Source: a bacterium
GTDB lineage: Bacteria > Hydrothermota > Tepidihabitantia > SM23-42
Reading direction: 5' to 3'
Length of the DNA stretch: 33,743 nt
Assembly: GCA_029933705.1 (NCBI GenBank)
Contig: JAOZNQ010000003.1
Location: 1 to 33,743 of the forward strand
Shown: in pieces, positions 1 through 8,072 of the stretch
How the letters are laid out: each line of letters starts with the position of its first letter
How positions within the stretch are numbered: position 1 is the first letter of the stretch
The notes under the pieces: model-generated
Told to the model about the DNA's origin: nothing
What the model saw: only the letters and a program-made list of their open reading frames with translations
Databases searched by the model: none
Made by a program: the position numbers and the translations under genes

Positions 1-171
1 AAAATTTATGATGTTTGTGGCAGGCTTGTGCATCAGGAAGGTATCAGGAGAACCCGTGCTGGTATGAATGAGGTTTTGATAAGGCCCGAAGGTTTATCCG
101 CTGGGGTCTATTTTATCACATTGGAAACCCCGGGTTATAACAAGATTGAAAAGTTAATACTTCTAAAATAA
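1..171 (+). CDS. 3' end of a secreted protein carrying a T9SS (Por) C-terminal sorting domain; the 5' part lies outside the window
   Basis: Frame 1 is open from the window edge to TAA at 169-171. The translation KIYDVCGRLVHQEG...GLSAGVYFITLETPGYNKIEKLILLK has the same tail pattern (IYD-xx-GRLV ... G-V/I-YF ... K-L/F-I-L/V) as the C-termini of 15721-17328 and 17381-19180. Confidence 0.7.
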   Translation, partial: KIYDVCGRLVHQEGIRRTRAGMNEVLIRPEGLSAGVYFITLETPGYNKIEKLILLK

Positions 172-242
172 TAATAGCTTCTACCCATTAAAGATAGTTC
201 TCGAACTGGCAACAATGTGTGTTAATGTTAGCATAGTCATAC

Positions 243-270
243 TTGATTTTCTGCCTGTCAGCAGTATAAT
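243..270 (+). promoter_or_regulatory. sigma70-type promoter of the mutM-lig-DUF3795 operon; implies a leaderless transcript
   Basis: TTGATT (243-248), 16-nt spacer, TATAAT (265-270). The ATG at 276 lies only 5 nt after the -10 box and there is no SD. Confidence 0.6.
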
Positions 271-275
271 TATTT

Positions 276-1103
276 ATGCCTGAATTGCCTGAGATTGTGG
301 TTATCAAAGAGAAACTCAACCAACAGATTAAGGGGAAGATGGTCAAGCGATTTCAGGTTTTAAAGCCTTACCTTTTAAAAAACTATTTTGAATCAGAGAA
401 ACTTGAAGGTGAAAGGGTTGAATCCGTGCACCAGCGGGGTAAATATTTGATCTTAGAGCTATCCGGTTTCAAAATTTATATCCATTTAATGCTTCGAGGT
501 TTTGTCGAGTTGATTTCTGAAGATAGGCAAAAAAGGTCAGCATCCGCGATCATCCATCTTGATGACGGAACTAAATTTGTAATCGGTGAAAAGGGGCATA
601 AGAAATATGCTTCGATCTATATTTTTGCAAGAGAAGAAGATTTTATACAGAGCAAAAGCCTTGGGATTGAACCTCTGGACCCAGGGTTTACACTGGGAAG
701 GTTAACAAATTTAATCAAAATCAGTTCGAGGCAGTTGAAGCGATTTCTCTGTGACCAGAAAATGATTGCCGGTATCGGTAACGCATATGCAGATGAGATT
801 CTATGGGATGCCAGATTATCACCATTTAGACTTACTATGAATCTAAACGAAGATGAGATAAATCAGCTCTACCGGTCGATTAAGAAAACCCTCAGATGGG
901 CCATTCAGGAGGTAAAGAAAGAGGGGGTTAGAGAAAAGAGAGATTTCCCCCGTATCCATAATAAGAAAGGACGACCCTGCCCGCGCTGTGGAAGCTTGAT
1001 ACAATCGGTCTCCTTTTCCAATTCTGAGACATATTATTGCCCTGAATGTCAGGTTAAAGGGAAGAGGTTAAAGGATAGAAGACTCTCAAAACTCTATCGA
1101 TAA
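276..1103 (+). CDS. mutM: Fpg/Nei-family DNA glycosylase / AP lyase (formamidopyrimidine-DNA glycosylase-like)
   Basis: N-terminus is MPELPEI (catalytic Pro2/Glu3). It has the RGKYL motif, the H2TH motif GIGNAYADEILWDARLSP and a C-terminal C4 zinc finger CPRCG...CPECQ. Length is 275 aa. Confidence 0.88.
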   Translation: MPELPEIVVIKEKLNQQIKGKMVKRFQVLKPYLLKNYFESEKLEGERVESVHQRGKYLILELSGFKIYIHLMLRGFVELISEDRQKRSASAIIHLDDGTKFVIGEKGHKKYASIYIFAREEDFIQSKSLGIEPLDPGFTLGRLTNLIKISSRQLKRFLCDQKMIAGIGNAYADEILWDARLSPFRLTMNLNEDEINQLYRSIKKTLRWAIQEVKKEGVREKRDFPRIHNKKGRPCPRCGSLIQSVSFSNSETYYCPECQVKGKRLKDRRLSKLYR

Positions 1104-1117
1104 ATAAAAGGTTTTTT

Positions 1118-2641
1118 ATGTTATTTAAAGAATTACTTGAATATTATAAAAGGCTAAAAAACACCTCTTCGAGAAATGAAAAGATTAATATTATCATACA
1201 GTTTTTCCATAGGTTGAAACCGAATGAGGCCGAGATCGGTGTGAATTTCATTCAGGGAAGGTTGCGCCAGGGTAGACTCAGCCTTGGCTGGAAAGGGGTT
1301 TCCCAGCTGTTGAAGGTTCCAGGAAGGTCTATCAATCCTCCAGGTTTGATTGAGATTGATAGATATTTAGATGCAGTCAAATCTGCCCGGGGAAGAAAAA
1401 AGATAAAGGTTTTAGTTCCGCTCTTTGGTCGGCTCACAACTGAAGAACAGCAATATCTTGTCTCTTTAATCCTGCAGGACCTTCAGCAGGGTGCTGGCGA
1501 AGGCATTGTAAAGGTGGCCATTGCACGATACTTTCGCATATCAGATGCTGAAATTGAAGAGGCATACCTGTATAACCCTGATCTCGGTAAGATATTCACC
1601 CTTTTGGCACAAAAGGGGAGGTCAGGTATTGGGGAGATTGGAATTAAGATTTTCGTGCCGGTTAAGCCGATGCTCGCACAGATATCAGATTCAATCCCGG
1701 ACCTTTTCAGGAAATATCGAGACTTTGGTGTGGAATATAAATTGGATGGTGTTCGTATTCAGGTACACAAGAAATATGACCGGGTAAGGATATTTTCAAG
1801 AAATTTGAAAGATATTACATCACACTTTCCCGAACTTGTGGATATAGTGAAGACGCTCCAGCCAAGAAGTCTAATCATCGATGGAGAGGCGGTAGGTATG
1901 GATACCAGAGGCAGGGTTGTTCCATTCCAGGTTCTCGCCCGTAGGACCACACGGAAGAAAGATCTTGCAATGGTTATGAAGGATATTCCGGTGATACCGA
2001 AATTTTTTGACATACTCTATATCAATGGGGATACTCTAACTGCTGAGCCTTATGAAGAACGTTTGCGGATTCTCAAGGATGTAGTTCGAGAAGGAGATTA
2101 TCTTGCCCAGAGGAGGGTCCCAGGGGATGTGAACGAGGCAGAAAAATTCTTTATTGAATCGGTCAGGGATGGCAATGAGGGGATTATGATAAAGTTATTG
2201 GGTTCACCATATCGACCGGGCAGACGCGGAGGTTTCTGGTTTAAAATAAAGCGCGCGTATACTTTGGACTGTGTCATCCTCGCTGCTGAATGGGGACATG
2301 GTAGAAGAAGAGGCTGGCTATCCAATCTTCATCTTGGTGTACTCGATGAGACCGGCAAAAAATTTTTGATGGTGGGCAAGACATTCAAGGGTTTGACCGA
2401 TCAGATGCTCCAATGGTTTACTGATGTTCTCCCTAAGTATAAGATTCATGAAGACCGATGGACAATATATGTGAAGCCTGCAGTGGTTGTTGAGGTAGAA
2501 TTTAATGGTGTGCAGAAGAGTTCAAAATATGATTCCAAATTTGCATTGCGATTTGCCCGGGTAAAACGGATCAGATACGACAAAGGTCCATTCGGGATAA
2601 ATACCATTTTGGACTTAGAAAAAATTTTAAAAAGGAGGTAA
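1118..2641 (+). CDS. lig: ATP-dependent DNA ligase of the three-domain (DNA-binding + adenylation + OB) archaeal/eukaryotic-like type
   Basis: Motif I is EYKLDGVR (KxDG). Further nucleotidyltransferase motifs are LIIDGEAV, FFDILYINGD, EGIMIK and WFKIKR. Length is 507 aa and it starts 14 nt after mutM. Confidence 0.9.
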   Translation: MLFKELLEYYKRLKNTSSRNEKINIIIQFFHRLKPNEAEIGVNFIQGRLRQGRLSLGWKGVSQLLKVPGRSINPPGLIEIDRYLDAVKSARGRKKIKVLVPLFGRLTTEEQQYLVSLILQDLQQGAGEGIVKVAIARYFRISDAEIEEAYLYNPDLGKIFTLLAQKGRSGIGEIGIKIFVPVKPMLAQISDSIPDLFRKYRDFGVEYKLDGVRIQVHKKYDRVRIFSRNLKDITSHFPELVDIVKTLQPRSLIIDGEAVGMDTRGRVVPFQVLARRTTRKKDLAMVMKDIPVIPKFFDILYINGDTLTAEPYEERLRILKDVVREGDYLAQRRVPGDVNEAEKFFIESVRDGNEGIMIKLLGSPYRPGRRGGFWFKIKRAYTLDCVILAAEWGHGRRRGWLSNLHLGVLDETGKKFLMVGKTFKGLTDQMLQWFTDVLPKYKIHEDRWTIYVKPAVVVEVEFNGVQKSSKYDSKFALRFARVKRIRYDKGPFGINTILDLEKILKRR

Positions 2642-2642
2642 G

Positions 2643-3095
2643 ATGAATTATGAGCAGGAAAAGAAGGACCACATCTCTTTTTGTGGTTCATATTGTCATA
2701 TATGTGATTGGCATACAGGAAAGATCAGGAGAATTGCCCAGACCGCGCTTGATATGATTCAGGAATTTAACGGTTTCAAGCGTCTGTTTGAGGGCAAGGT
2801 GGATGCAGACAATCTGCAGAAGGGGTTGAGGATTCTCGCTACATCGAGTATCTGTTCAGGGTGTAAGTCTGAGACCGGTGCCAATGAGCGGTGTGCCATA
2901 AGGAGATGCTGTTCAGAAAAAGGGTTTGATCTATGTAATGAATGTCCTGATTTTCCCTGTGAAACACTGAAGAACAATCCCGGTGTTATCAGATGGCACT
3001 GCCTTGAACATTTAAATGAGATAAAAGAGCGTGGGTTGAAAAATTGGATTGACCAGCAGTGGACAGAATATATCAAGGCAACGCAGGAAACTTGA
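2643..3095 (+). CDS. Cys-rich DUF3795-type protein (predicted metal-binding)
   Basis: Cysteine pattern CGSYCHIC ... CSGC ... CAIRRCC ... CNECPDFPCE. A GGAGGTAAG SD overlaps the ligase stop, and the start is 1 nt after the ligase stop. Confidence 0.65.
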   Translation: MNYEQEKKDHISFCGSYCHICDWHTGKIRRIAQTALDMIQEFNGFKRLFEGKVDADNLQKGLRILATSSICSGCKSETGANERCAIRRCCSEKGFDLCNECPDFPCETLKNNPGVIRWHCLEHLNEIKERGLKNWIDQQWTEYIKATQET

Positions 3096-3119
3096 TTTAT
3101 GTAATTCTGTTGATATAAT
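3092..3119 (+). promoter_or_regulatory. sigma70-type promoter upstream of the DUF2284 remnant and rtcA
   Basis: TTGATT (3092-3097, overlapping the DUF3795 stop), 16-nt spacer, TATAAT (3114-3119). A GAAGGAGG SD follows at 3154-3161. Confidence 0.55.
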
Positions 3120-3164
3120 AATTTATGTTGCAATCCTTTCACTTTTTCATATTGAAGGAGGCAT

Positions 3165-3384
3165 ATGATTGACCTGGAGCGGTATGTCAAAAAGGCCCGT
3201 GCCCGGGGAATAATAAGGACGAAGATTATTGATACGAAAACGGTCGTCACTGGCAACTGGGTGAGGATGAAGTGCGGTCCGGATTGATGTCTATAAGACT
3301 GCACGAAATAACGGTTTCAAGCTTGAGGTGGTCCGTTCTGAAGAGGAGTGCTGTTCATTTGTTTCTTTAATACTCATTGAATAA
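3165..3384 (+). pseudogene. Remnant of a DUF2284-type (predicted metal-binding) gene, with an internal deletion plus a frameshift
   Basis: ATG 3165 opens a 40-codon ORF, MIDLERYVKKARARGIIRTKIIDTKTVVTGNWVRMKCGPD*, that resembles a DUF2284 N-terminus. In another frame, 3280-3384 encodes RIDVYKTARNNGFKLEVVRSEEECCSFVSLILIE*, which resembles the family C-terminus. The central Cys-rich part is missing. Confidence 0.5.
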
Positions 3385-3390
3385 TAAAAA

Positions 3391-4437
3391 ATGGAAATTG
3401 ATATTGACGGTAGTTATTTAGAAGGCGGGGGACAGATTGTTCGAACTGCGGTGGCGCTATCTGCAATCACCCGCAAGTCGGTTCATCTTTTCAATATCCG
3501 AAAGGGGAGGCAGAATCCCGGGTTAAAACCCCAACACCTGGTGGGAATAAAGACTGCAGCCCGGCTCTGTGAGGCCGAGACCTGGGGTGTTACCCAGAAC
3601 TCATTAGAATTTTCATTCCATCCCGGGTTTATTATCGGAGGTAATTTTCAGGTGGATACCAGAACCGCAGGTGCAATCACCTTGATCCTCCAAACCTTAA
3701 TTCCAATTGCGCTCTTCAGTCCAAGGCCGGTTGTCTTTAATATCAAGGGAGGAACTGCAGTTCCATTCAGCCCTTCGATTCTCTATACAAAGAACATCTT
3801 TGGAGCCTATCTGACACGATTTGGGGCAAAGGTTTCAATCCAGGTCCTGAGGCATGGTTTCTATCCTAAGGGCGGGGGAGCGGTTATGGTGAAGGTATTT
3901 CCTTCTCAGTTGAGAAGTATTTCTATCTCAGAAAGGGGTTCATTGAAGAGAGTTGAGGCTTTTGTGGTTGCCTCAAAAAGGTTGAGACAGAATGAGGTTG
4001 CTGAGAGGGTTGTTAAGGGGTTTAAGGATATTATCAGTGAAGCCCGCACACATATTGAATATGTTGATACCACCTCGCCCGGGTGTTTTATTCATTGCCA
4101 GGCAGAATTTGAGGGATCGATGATCGGGGCTGGGAGTTTAGGGAAGAAGGGAAAGCCTGCAGAGAAGGTTGGTGAAGAGGCAGCCCGGGAGTTGAATCGG
4201 GCGTTTATGTCTGATGCGCCGGTTGATCCCTGGCTTGTTGACCAGTTAATCCCTTATATGGCACTGGCTACTTACAGGACCGGTATTGAATCGAGGATGA
4301 AGATCCCAGAATTGACCAGGCATGCCCGAACCAACATCTGGATTGTTCAGAAATTTCTACGGGTGGAGTTTGAGGTTAAAGATAATATAATGAGCTGTAT
4401 CAGTAGGTCACAAAAGAAAGGCATTGAAGGCGATTGA
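3391..4437 (+). CDS. rtcA: RNA 3'-terminal phosphate cyclase
   Basis: N-terminal GSYLEGGGQIVRTAVALSAIT...NPGLKPQHL signature. The nucleophile His is retained in the C-terminal motif RHARTNIWIVQKFL. Length is 348 aa. Confidence 0.9.
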   Translation: MEIDIDGSYLEGGGQIVRTAVALSAITRKSVHLFNIRKGRQNPGLKPQHLVGIKTAARLCEAETWGVTQNSLEFSFHPGFIIGGNFQVDTRTAGAITLILQTLIPIALFSPRPVVFNIKGGTAVPFSPSILYTKNIFGAYLTRFGAKVSIQVLRHGFYPKGGGAVMVKVFPSQLRSISISERGSLKRVEAFVVASKRLRQNEVAERVVKGFKDIISEARTHIEYVDTTSPGCFIHCQAEFEGSMIGAGSLGKKGKPAEKVGEEAARELNRAFMSDAPVDPWLVDQLIPYMALATYRTGIESRMKIPELTRHARTNIWIVQKFLRVEFEVKDNIMSCISRSQKKGIEGD

Positions 4438-4443
4438 ATTTGC

Positions 4444-4471
4444 TTGATTTTTTTAAATAGTTATATATAAT
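4444..4471 (+). promoter_or_regulatory. sigma70-type promoter of sucCD; implies a leaderless transcript
   Basis: TTGATT (4444-4449), 16-nt spacer, TATAAT (4466-4471). The ATG at 4478 is 6 nt downstream. Confidence 0.6.
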
Positions 4472-4477
4472 CACTCG

Positions 4478-5665
4478 ATGCGATTATATGAATTTGAGGC
4501 AAAGAGGCTATTTCGACGTTCTGGAATCCCTGTACTTGATGGTGTGGTGGCTGGTGGGATTGATGATGAGGGGTTGAATAAAATTACCTATCCGGTTGTG
4601 GTGAAGGCACAGACATTTCTTGGTGGCAGGGGAAAGGCAGGTCTGATTAAGACCGCAAGCACACGAAAAGAGGTTGAGGAGGGGATCAGGTCTCTTATTG
4701 GTAGATTTCACGGTCCTTATCGAATAGATAAGGTCTTACTTGAAAAGAAGATTGATATCGAAAAGGAGCTTTATATCTCAATCATTATCGACCGTCTTGA
4801 ACATAAGTTCTGTGTGATTACCTGTGCTGAGGGCGGTGTGGAGATTGAAGAGGTCGCCGCCCAGAACCCTGAATTGATACACAAATATTATTTCAGCCCC
4901 TCAGATGACTTTTCCCAATACCATTCCCGGTTTATTGCTGGTGAACTCGGACTATCAGGAGCCATGCTACGCTCAGGCGCTTTGGTTGTGTATAATCTAT
5001 TCAATCTGTTCACCGGATTTGACTGTAAACTTGCGGAGATAAATCCATTGGTCATCACCAAGGATAAGAAGATATATGCACTCGATGCCAAGATTGACCT
5101 TGATGAGGATGCGATGTTCCGCCATCCAGAATTGAAAGAACTCGGAATTGAATCCAGGCACGAGGTTGGTGAGTTGACCGAGCGAGAAAAGTTTGCAAAG
5201 TCTGCAGGTATCCCTTATGTTGACCTTGATGGTGATATCGGTGTTTTCCCGGGTGGGGCAGGTTTCGGGATTGCCGCAATTGACCTGATAAAACATTATG
5301 GCGGGCAGGCCGCAAACTTTATGGATTCCGGGGGTGCGCCCACTCAAGATAAACTGAGGAAGATGTTGGGGTTGCTCATCGATAATCCACGGGTGAAGGC
5401 GATATTCGGGGCGCGATTCGGTGGTATATCGCGGTGTGATGATTGGGCAAAGGCGCTGGTGCAGTATGTGATTGAGAATAAGCCGGCGAAGCCGATGGTT
5501 ATGAGGATGGCGGGTAATATGGAAGAAGAGGGGAGGAGGATTCTCCAGGAAGCCAAGGAGAAGTATCCAGAGCTCTTTAAGAATATAAAGGTCTATTCCG
5601 TTGCCACACCGATTGAAGAGGTGATTAAGGAAACGATCAGGGTCGCAAAGACCGGGAAGATATGA
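4478..5665 (+). CDS. sucC: Succinate--CoA ligase (ADP-forming) beta subunit; ATP-grasp, divergent
   Basis: MRLYEFEAKRLFRRSGIPV start, VVKAQ..GGRGKAG motif, 395 aa, and a 4-nt ATGA overlap with sucD. Confidence 0.82.
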   Translation: MRLYEFEAKRLFRRSGIPVLDGVVAGGIDDEGLNKITYPVVVKAQTFLGGRGKAGLIKTASTRKEVEEGIRSLIGRFHGPYRIDKVLLEKKIDIEKELYISIIIDRLEHKFCVITCAEGGVEIEEVAAQNPELIHKYYFSPSDDFSQYHSRFIAGELGLSGAMLRSGALVVYNLFNLFTGFDCKLAEINPLVITKDKKIYALDAKIDLDEDAMFRHPELKELGIESRHEVGELTEREKFAKSAGIPYVDLDGDIGVFPGGAGFGIAAIDLIKHYGGQAANFMDSGGAPTQDKLRKMLGLLIDNPRVKAIFGARFGGISRCDDWAKALVQYVIENKPAKPMVMRMAGNMEEEGRRILQEAKEKYPELFKNIKVYSVATPIEEVIKETIRVAKTGKI

Positions 5666-6531
5666 GTATAATTATTGACCAGAATACCAGGACGATTGTT
5701 CAGGGCATTACCGGTAAGAACGCATCATTTCATACAAAATTGATGCTCGATTACGGAACAAAGATTGTCGGTGGGGTTACCCCAGGGAAAGGTGGGGAAG
5801 AGGTTTTTGGGGTCAGGGTATATGATACAGTGAGGGAATGCTTACGGGCTCATCCTGATGCTACGGTTTCAAGTGTATGGGTTCCCCCTCGGTTCGCAAA
5901 GGATGCAATCCTGGAGGCGATTGATGCGGGTATTAAAACTGTGGTTGTGATTACAGAACGCATTCCGGTCCATGATATGCTTTGTGTGCGCGAACGCGCT
6001 CGGGAAAAAGGGGTGATGGTGATTGGTGGGAATACCCCGGGGCTTATTTCACCAGGGAAATCACTTGTCGGTATGCTCCCCAGAATTACATTCCAGCCCG
6101 GGAGGATTGGCACGGTTGCGCGGAGTGGAGCGATTACCTATTATTTGGCCAATTCCCTGAACCTTGCGGGCTTTGGTGAATCGACCTCAGTTGGTCTGGG
6201 TGGTGATCCCATACTTGGTGCGAACTTCGAGGATATCCTCCGCCTTTTTGAAGATGATTCAGAGACCGATGCGGTGGTGATGGCGGGTGAAATTGGTGGT
6301 GTTTATGAAGAACTGGCCGCACCCTTTATTAAACAGATGACCAAGCCGGTGGTGGCTTTTATTGCGGGCAGGGCTGCACCTCAGGGTAAGCGGTTGGGCC
6401 ATGCCGGAGCCATCATCGAGGGAAATTTAGGCACTGCAGAGTCCAAGATTGAGGCCCTCCGTTCTAATGGTGCAGTTATCGCCCAGACCCTTAGTGAGAT
6501 ACCAGAAATTTTAAGGCAGAAACTCGGTTAG
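5662..6531 (+). CDS. sucD: Succinate--CoA ligase alpha subunit
   Basis: IVQGITGKNASFHT...GGVTPGKGG motif and the phosphohistidine loop GHAGAIIEG. Length is 289 aa. Confidence 0.92.
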   Translation: MSIIIDQNTRTIVQGITGKNASFHTKLMLDYGTKIVGGVTPGKGGEEVFGVRVYDTVRECLRAHPDATVSSVWVPPRFAKDAILEAIDAGIKTVVVITERIPVHDMLCVRERAREKGVMVIGGNTPGLISPGKSLVGMLPRITFQPGRIGTVARSGAITYYLANSLNLAGFGESTSVGLGGDPILGANFEDILRLFEDDSETDAVVMAGEIGGVYEELAAPFIKQMTKPVVAFIAGRAAPQGKRLGHAGAIIEGNLGTAESKIEALRSNGAVIAQTLSEIPEILRQKLG

Positions 6532-6692
6532 AACCTTCTGCGTCGCCATCGAATAAAGAGATAGACACCGATTACCACAATCAATATCGGCCAATCACGA
6601 TAGAATGAGAAGAGGATAATGTTATAGTTCGATACCCAGATCCAGAGTCCAAGTGCAATCAAAAATAGGGCAAATAATGTTCCGCAACCCAT
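6528..6692 (-). CDS. 54-aa two-TM membrane protein (LiaI/LiaF-like TM hairpin), paralogue of 7896-8072; not in the ORF track
   Basis: ATG at 6692-6690 preceded by GGAGAA. Translation is MGCGTLFALFLIALGLWIWVSNYNIILFSFYRDWPILIVVIGVYLFIRWRRRRF*. It shares the G-L-x-I-W-x-S-N ... DWP-x-x-L-I-x-I-G-V pattern with the other small ORF. Its stop overlaps the convergent sucD stop. Confidence 0.6.
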   Translation of the reverse strand: MGCGTLFALFLIALGLWIWVSNYNIILFSFYRDWPILIVVIGVYLFIRWRRRRF

Positions 6693-6713
6693 TTTTTCTC
6701 CTTAATTCAATCT

Positions 6714-7502
6714 TTAGTTTTCTTTTGTTAATTTTTTGATTGAGATATTTCCGTTCTCACTCTTCAGTTCGATTGTTGCACCGGGTTTGTTGATTATGCC
6801 TTTGAGGGTCTGCGCGGTCTTCACTTCATCCTTTAAAGAAAACTCACAGCTGATAGTGCCATTTTCTGTATATAAGTTGAGGGATGCTTCACTTTTATTA
6901 TTTAGATAAAGTAGTATGTCGCCGTTTTTATTTTGAATTCTGAGATTACCAACCTCTTCATATTCGAGAATGATATCTCCGGAGACAAGTTCACCATTGA
7001 GGCTTCCTCTCAATTTTCGTGCTTCAATATCACCGGATATCGTCGCAAGGTTAATTTTACCATTAATGTTACTAATCTCGATATCTCCGGAAACGCCTTT
7101 GATTTCCAGGTCAATCTTTTTTGGTGTGATTATCTTTATGTCGCCGGTTATCGCCTTTATCTCCAGCTTTTCATCCCGTTCGTTAATCCTGGCAAATATC
7201 CCTCCGTTTACCTCAATTGATTTGGTATCGGTTCCATTAATCTTTATATCTCCACTGATCGTACGCAGTACAATCTTTTTCTTCTCTGGGAATTGGTGGG
7301 TATGTTCTGACCTGGTATATTTAAAGGTATCAGCAATGGTGGTGGAGATCATCTCAGGTATGAAGCCCATCATATTCCATACCTGCCGCTTTCGTCTTCT
7401 ACCCTGGTAGTTCATATTGAGCGCATTCAACAGTCTTTCTGCCTCTTCCGCATTTATCTTTCCCTGCTCAAGGAGTTTCAGGATTTTCAGGGTCTCATTC
7501 AA
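6714..7502 (-). CDS. SHOCT-like bihelical N-terminus plus a DUF4097/Toastrack beta-repeat domain protein
   Basis: Repeated SGDIKI / TGDIKI / SGDIEI / SGDIEA / SGDIIL strands. N-terminal motif is LEQGKINAEEAERLLNAL. The likely start is TTG 7502-7500, behind GGAGGTG (7513-7507), giving MNETLKILKLLEQGKI, which parallels MEERRKILEMVAQGKL of the upstream protein. The ORF-track ATG at 7535 remains possible. Confidence 0.75.
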   Translation of the reverse strand: MNETLKILKLLEQGKINAEEAERLLNALNMNYQGRRRKRQVWNMMGFIPEMISTTIADTFKYTRSEHTHQFPEKKKIVLRTISGDIKINGTDTKSIEVNGGIFARINERDEKLEIKAITGDIKIITPKKIDLEIKGVSGDIEISNINGKINLATISGDIEARKLRGSLNGELVSGDIILEYEEVGNLRIQNKNGDILLYLNNKSEASLNLYTENGTISCEFSLKDEVKTAQTLKGIINKPGATIELKSENGNISIKKLTKEN

Positions 7503-7887
7503 TGAACACCTCCACCGATTCTCCGTCTTCTTCATCCGTGACCTCGGCGATTGTGAATTTCCCTTTTTCTGCTACCTCATCGAGTATTTGATCTATCATC
7601 TCCGGGGTGAACTCTTCAAGAGAGATTCCATGGTCAGCCATTTTATTTTTAAAATTTGCCGGGATCATCCCCTTGAATACCGCACCAATCTTTGTGCCGA
7701 CTTTTAAAACGCTTATGGGTATATCCACTTTAACCTTGAGTTTATTCTTGTTCCGGTCATATACCCGAACCTTTAGAAACCTTGCTGGTGTCTCCTGTTC
7801 CTTTAATGCGGACAAGAGACGCTCTGCTTCATCAGGGCTCAGTTTACCCTGGGCAACCATTTCGAGAATCTTTCTTCTCTCTTCCAT
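7495..7887 (-). CDS. 130-aa soluble acidic protein with an N-terminal SHOCT-like bihelical motif
   Basis: Starts MEERRKILEMVAQGKLSPDEAERLLSAL. GGAGAA SD sits upstream. It lies between the first small TM ORF and the Toastrack gene. Confidence 0.7.
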   Translation of the reverse strand: MEERRKILEMVAQGKLSPDEAERLLSALKEQETPARFLKVRVYDRNKNKLKVKVDIPISVLKVGTKIGAVFKGMIPANFKNKMADHGISLEEFTPEMIDQILDEVAEKGKFTIAEVTDEEDGESVEVFIE

Positions 7888-7895
7888 AATTTCTC

Positions 7896-8072
7896 CTATA
7901 TTTTTCTTCTTCTTATATTTTTAATCAATTCCAACACTCCGATGATTATCAGGATTACTGGCCAGTCCTGTTTCCAGTTGATATGCAGAATTCCGAGATT
8001 GGAAAGCCAGATTGCAAGTCCGATGATGATTAGGAGTAGTCCTCCGGCAATCCGATAAACGTTCTTTTTCAT
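7896..8072 (-). CDS. 58-aa two-TM membrane protein (LiaI/LiaF-like TM hairpin); not in the ORF track
   Basis: ATG 8072-8070 overlaps the DUF2089 stop (TGATG) and is preceded by AAGGAGG. Translation is MKKNVYRIAGGLLLIIIGLAIWLSNLGILHINWKQDWPVILIIIGVLELIKNIRRRKI*. Confidence 0.6.
   Translation of the reverse strand: MKKNVYRIAGGLLLIIIGLAIWLSNLGILHINWKQDWPVILIIIGVLELIKNIRRRKI

Noticed and set aside
2759-3304. A 181-aa minus-strand ORF. Similar antisense ORFs occur at 1252-1437, 4997-5347, 6970-7410, 11013-11402, 13407-13748, 14071-14445, 16229-16564, 18307-18651, 19475-19795, 20855-21250, 21690-22106, 23495-23815, 31018-31422 and 32468-32821.
   Set aside because: All lie antisense to, or out of frame within, well-supported genes. 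They have no SD or promoter context and show low-complexity, family-less translations. They are ordinary shadow ORFs.
4222-4323. I suspected that rtcA is an inactive, Rcl1-like cyclase, because the segment VDPWLVDQL has Trp where I first expected the nucleophile His.
   Set aside because: The adenylylated histidine of RtcA lies further downstream in the H-x-x-T-N motif. That motif is intact here (RHARTNIWIVQKFL, His codon at 4321-4323), so there is no evidence of inactivation.
4478-6531. Whether the sucCD-like pair is instead ATP-citrate lyase or citryl-CoA synthetase (reverse TCA).
   Set aside because: The subunit sizes (395 and 289 aa), the canonical GHAGAII phosphohistidine loop and the absence of a citrate synthase-like or lyase domain fit ordinary succinyl-CoA synthetase. 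The divergent beta subunit alone is not enough to propose another specificity.
7485-7497. A 13-nt exact match (TTTCAGGGTCTCA) between the Toastrack/SHOCT gene junction and repeat copy B (33608-33620).
   Set aside because: The match lies in coding sequence, does not extend beyond 13 nt, and lacks the rest of the repeat (TTCGGAATT..AAAAAGAA). It is compatible with chance in a window of this size.
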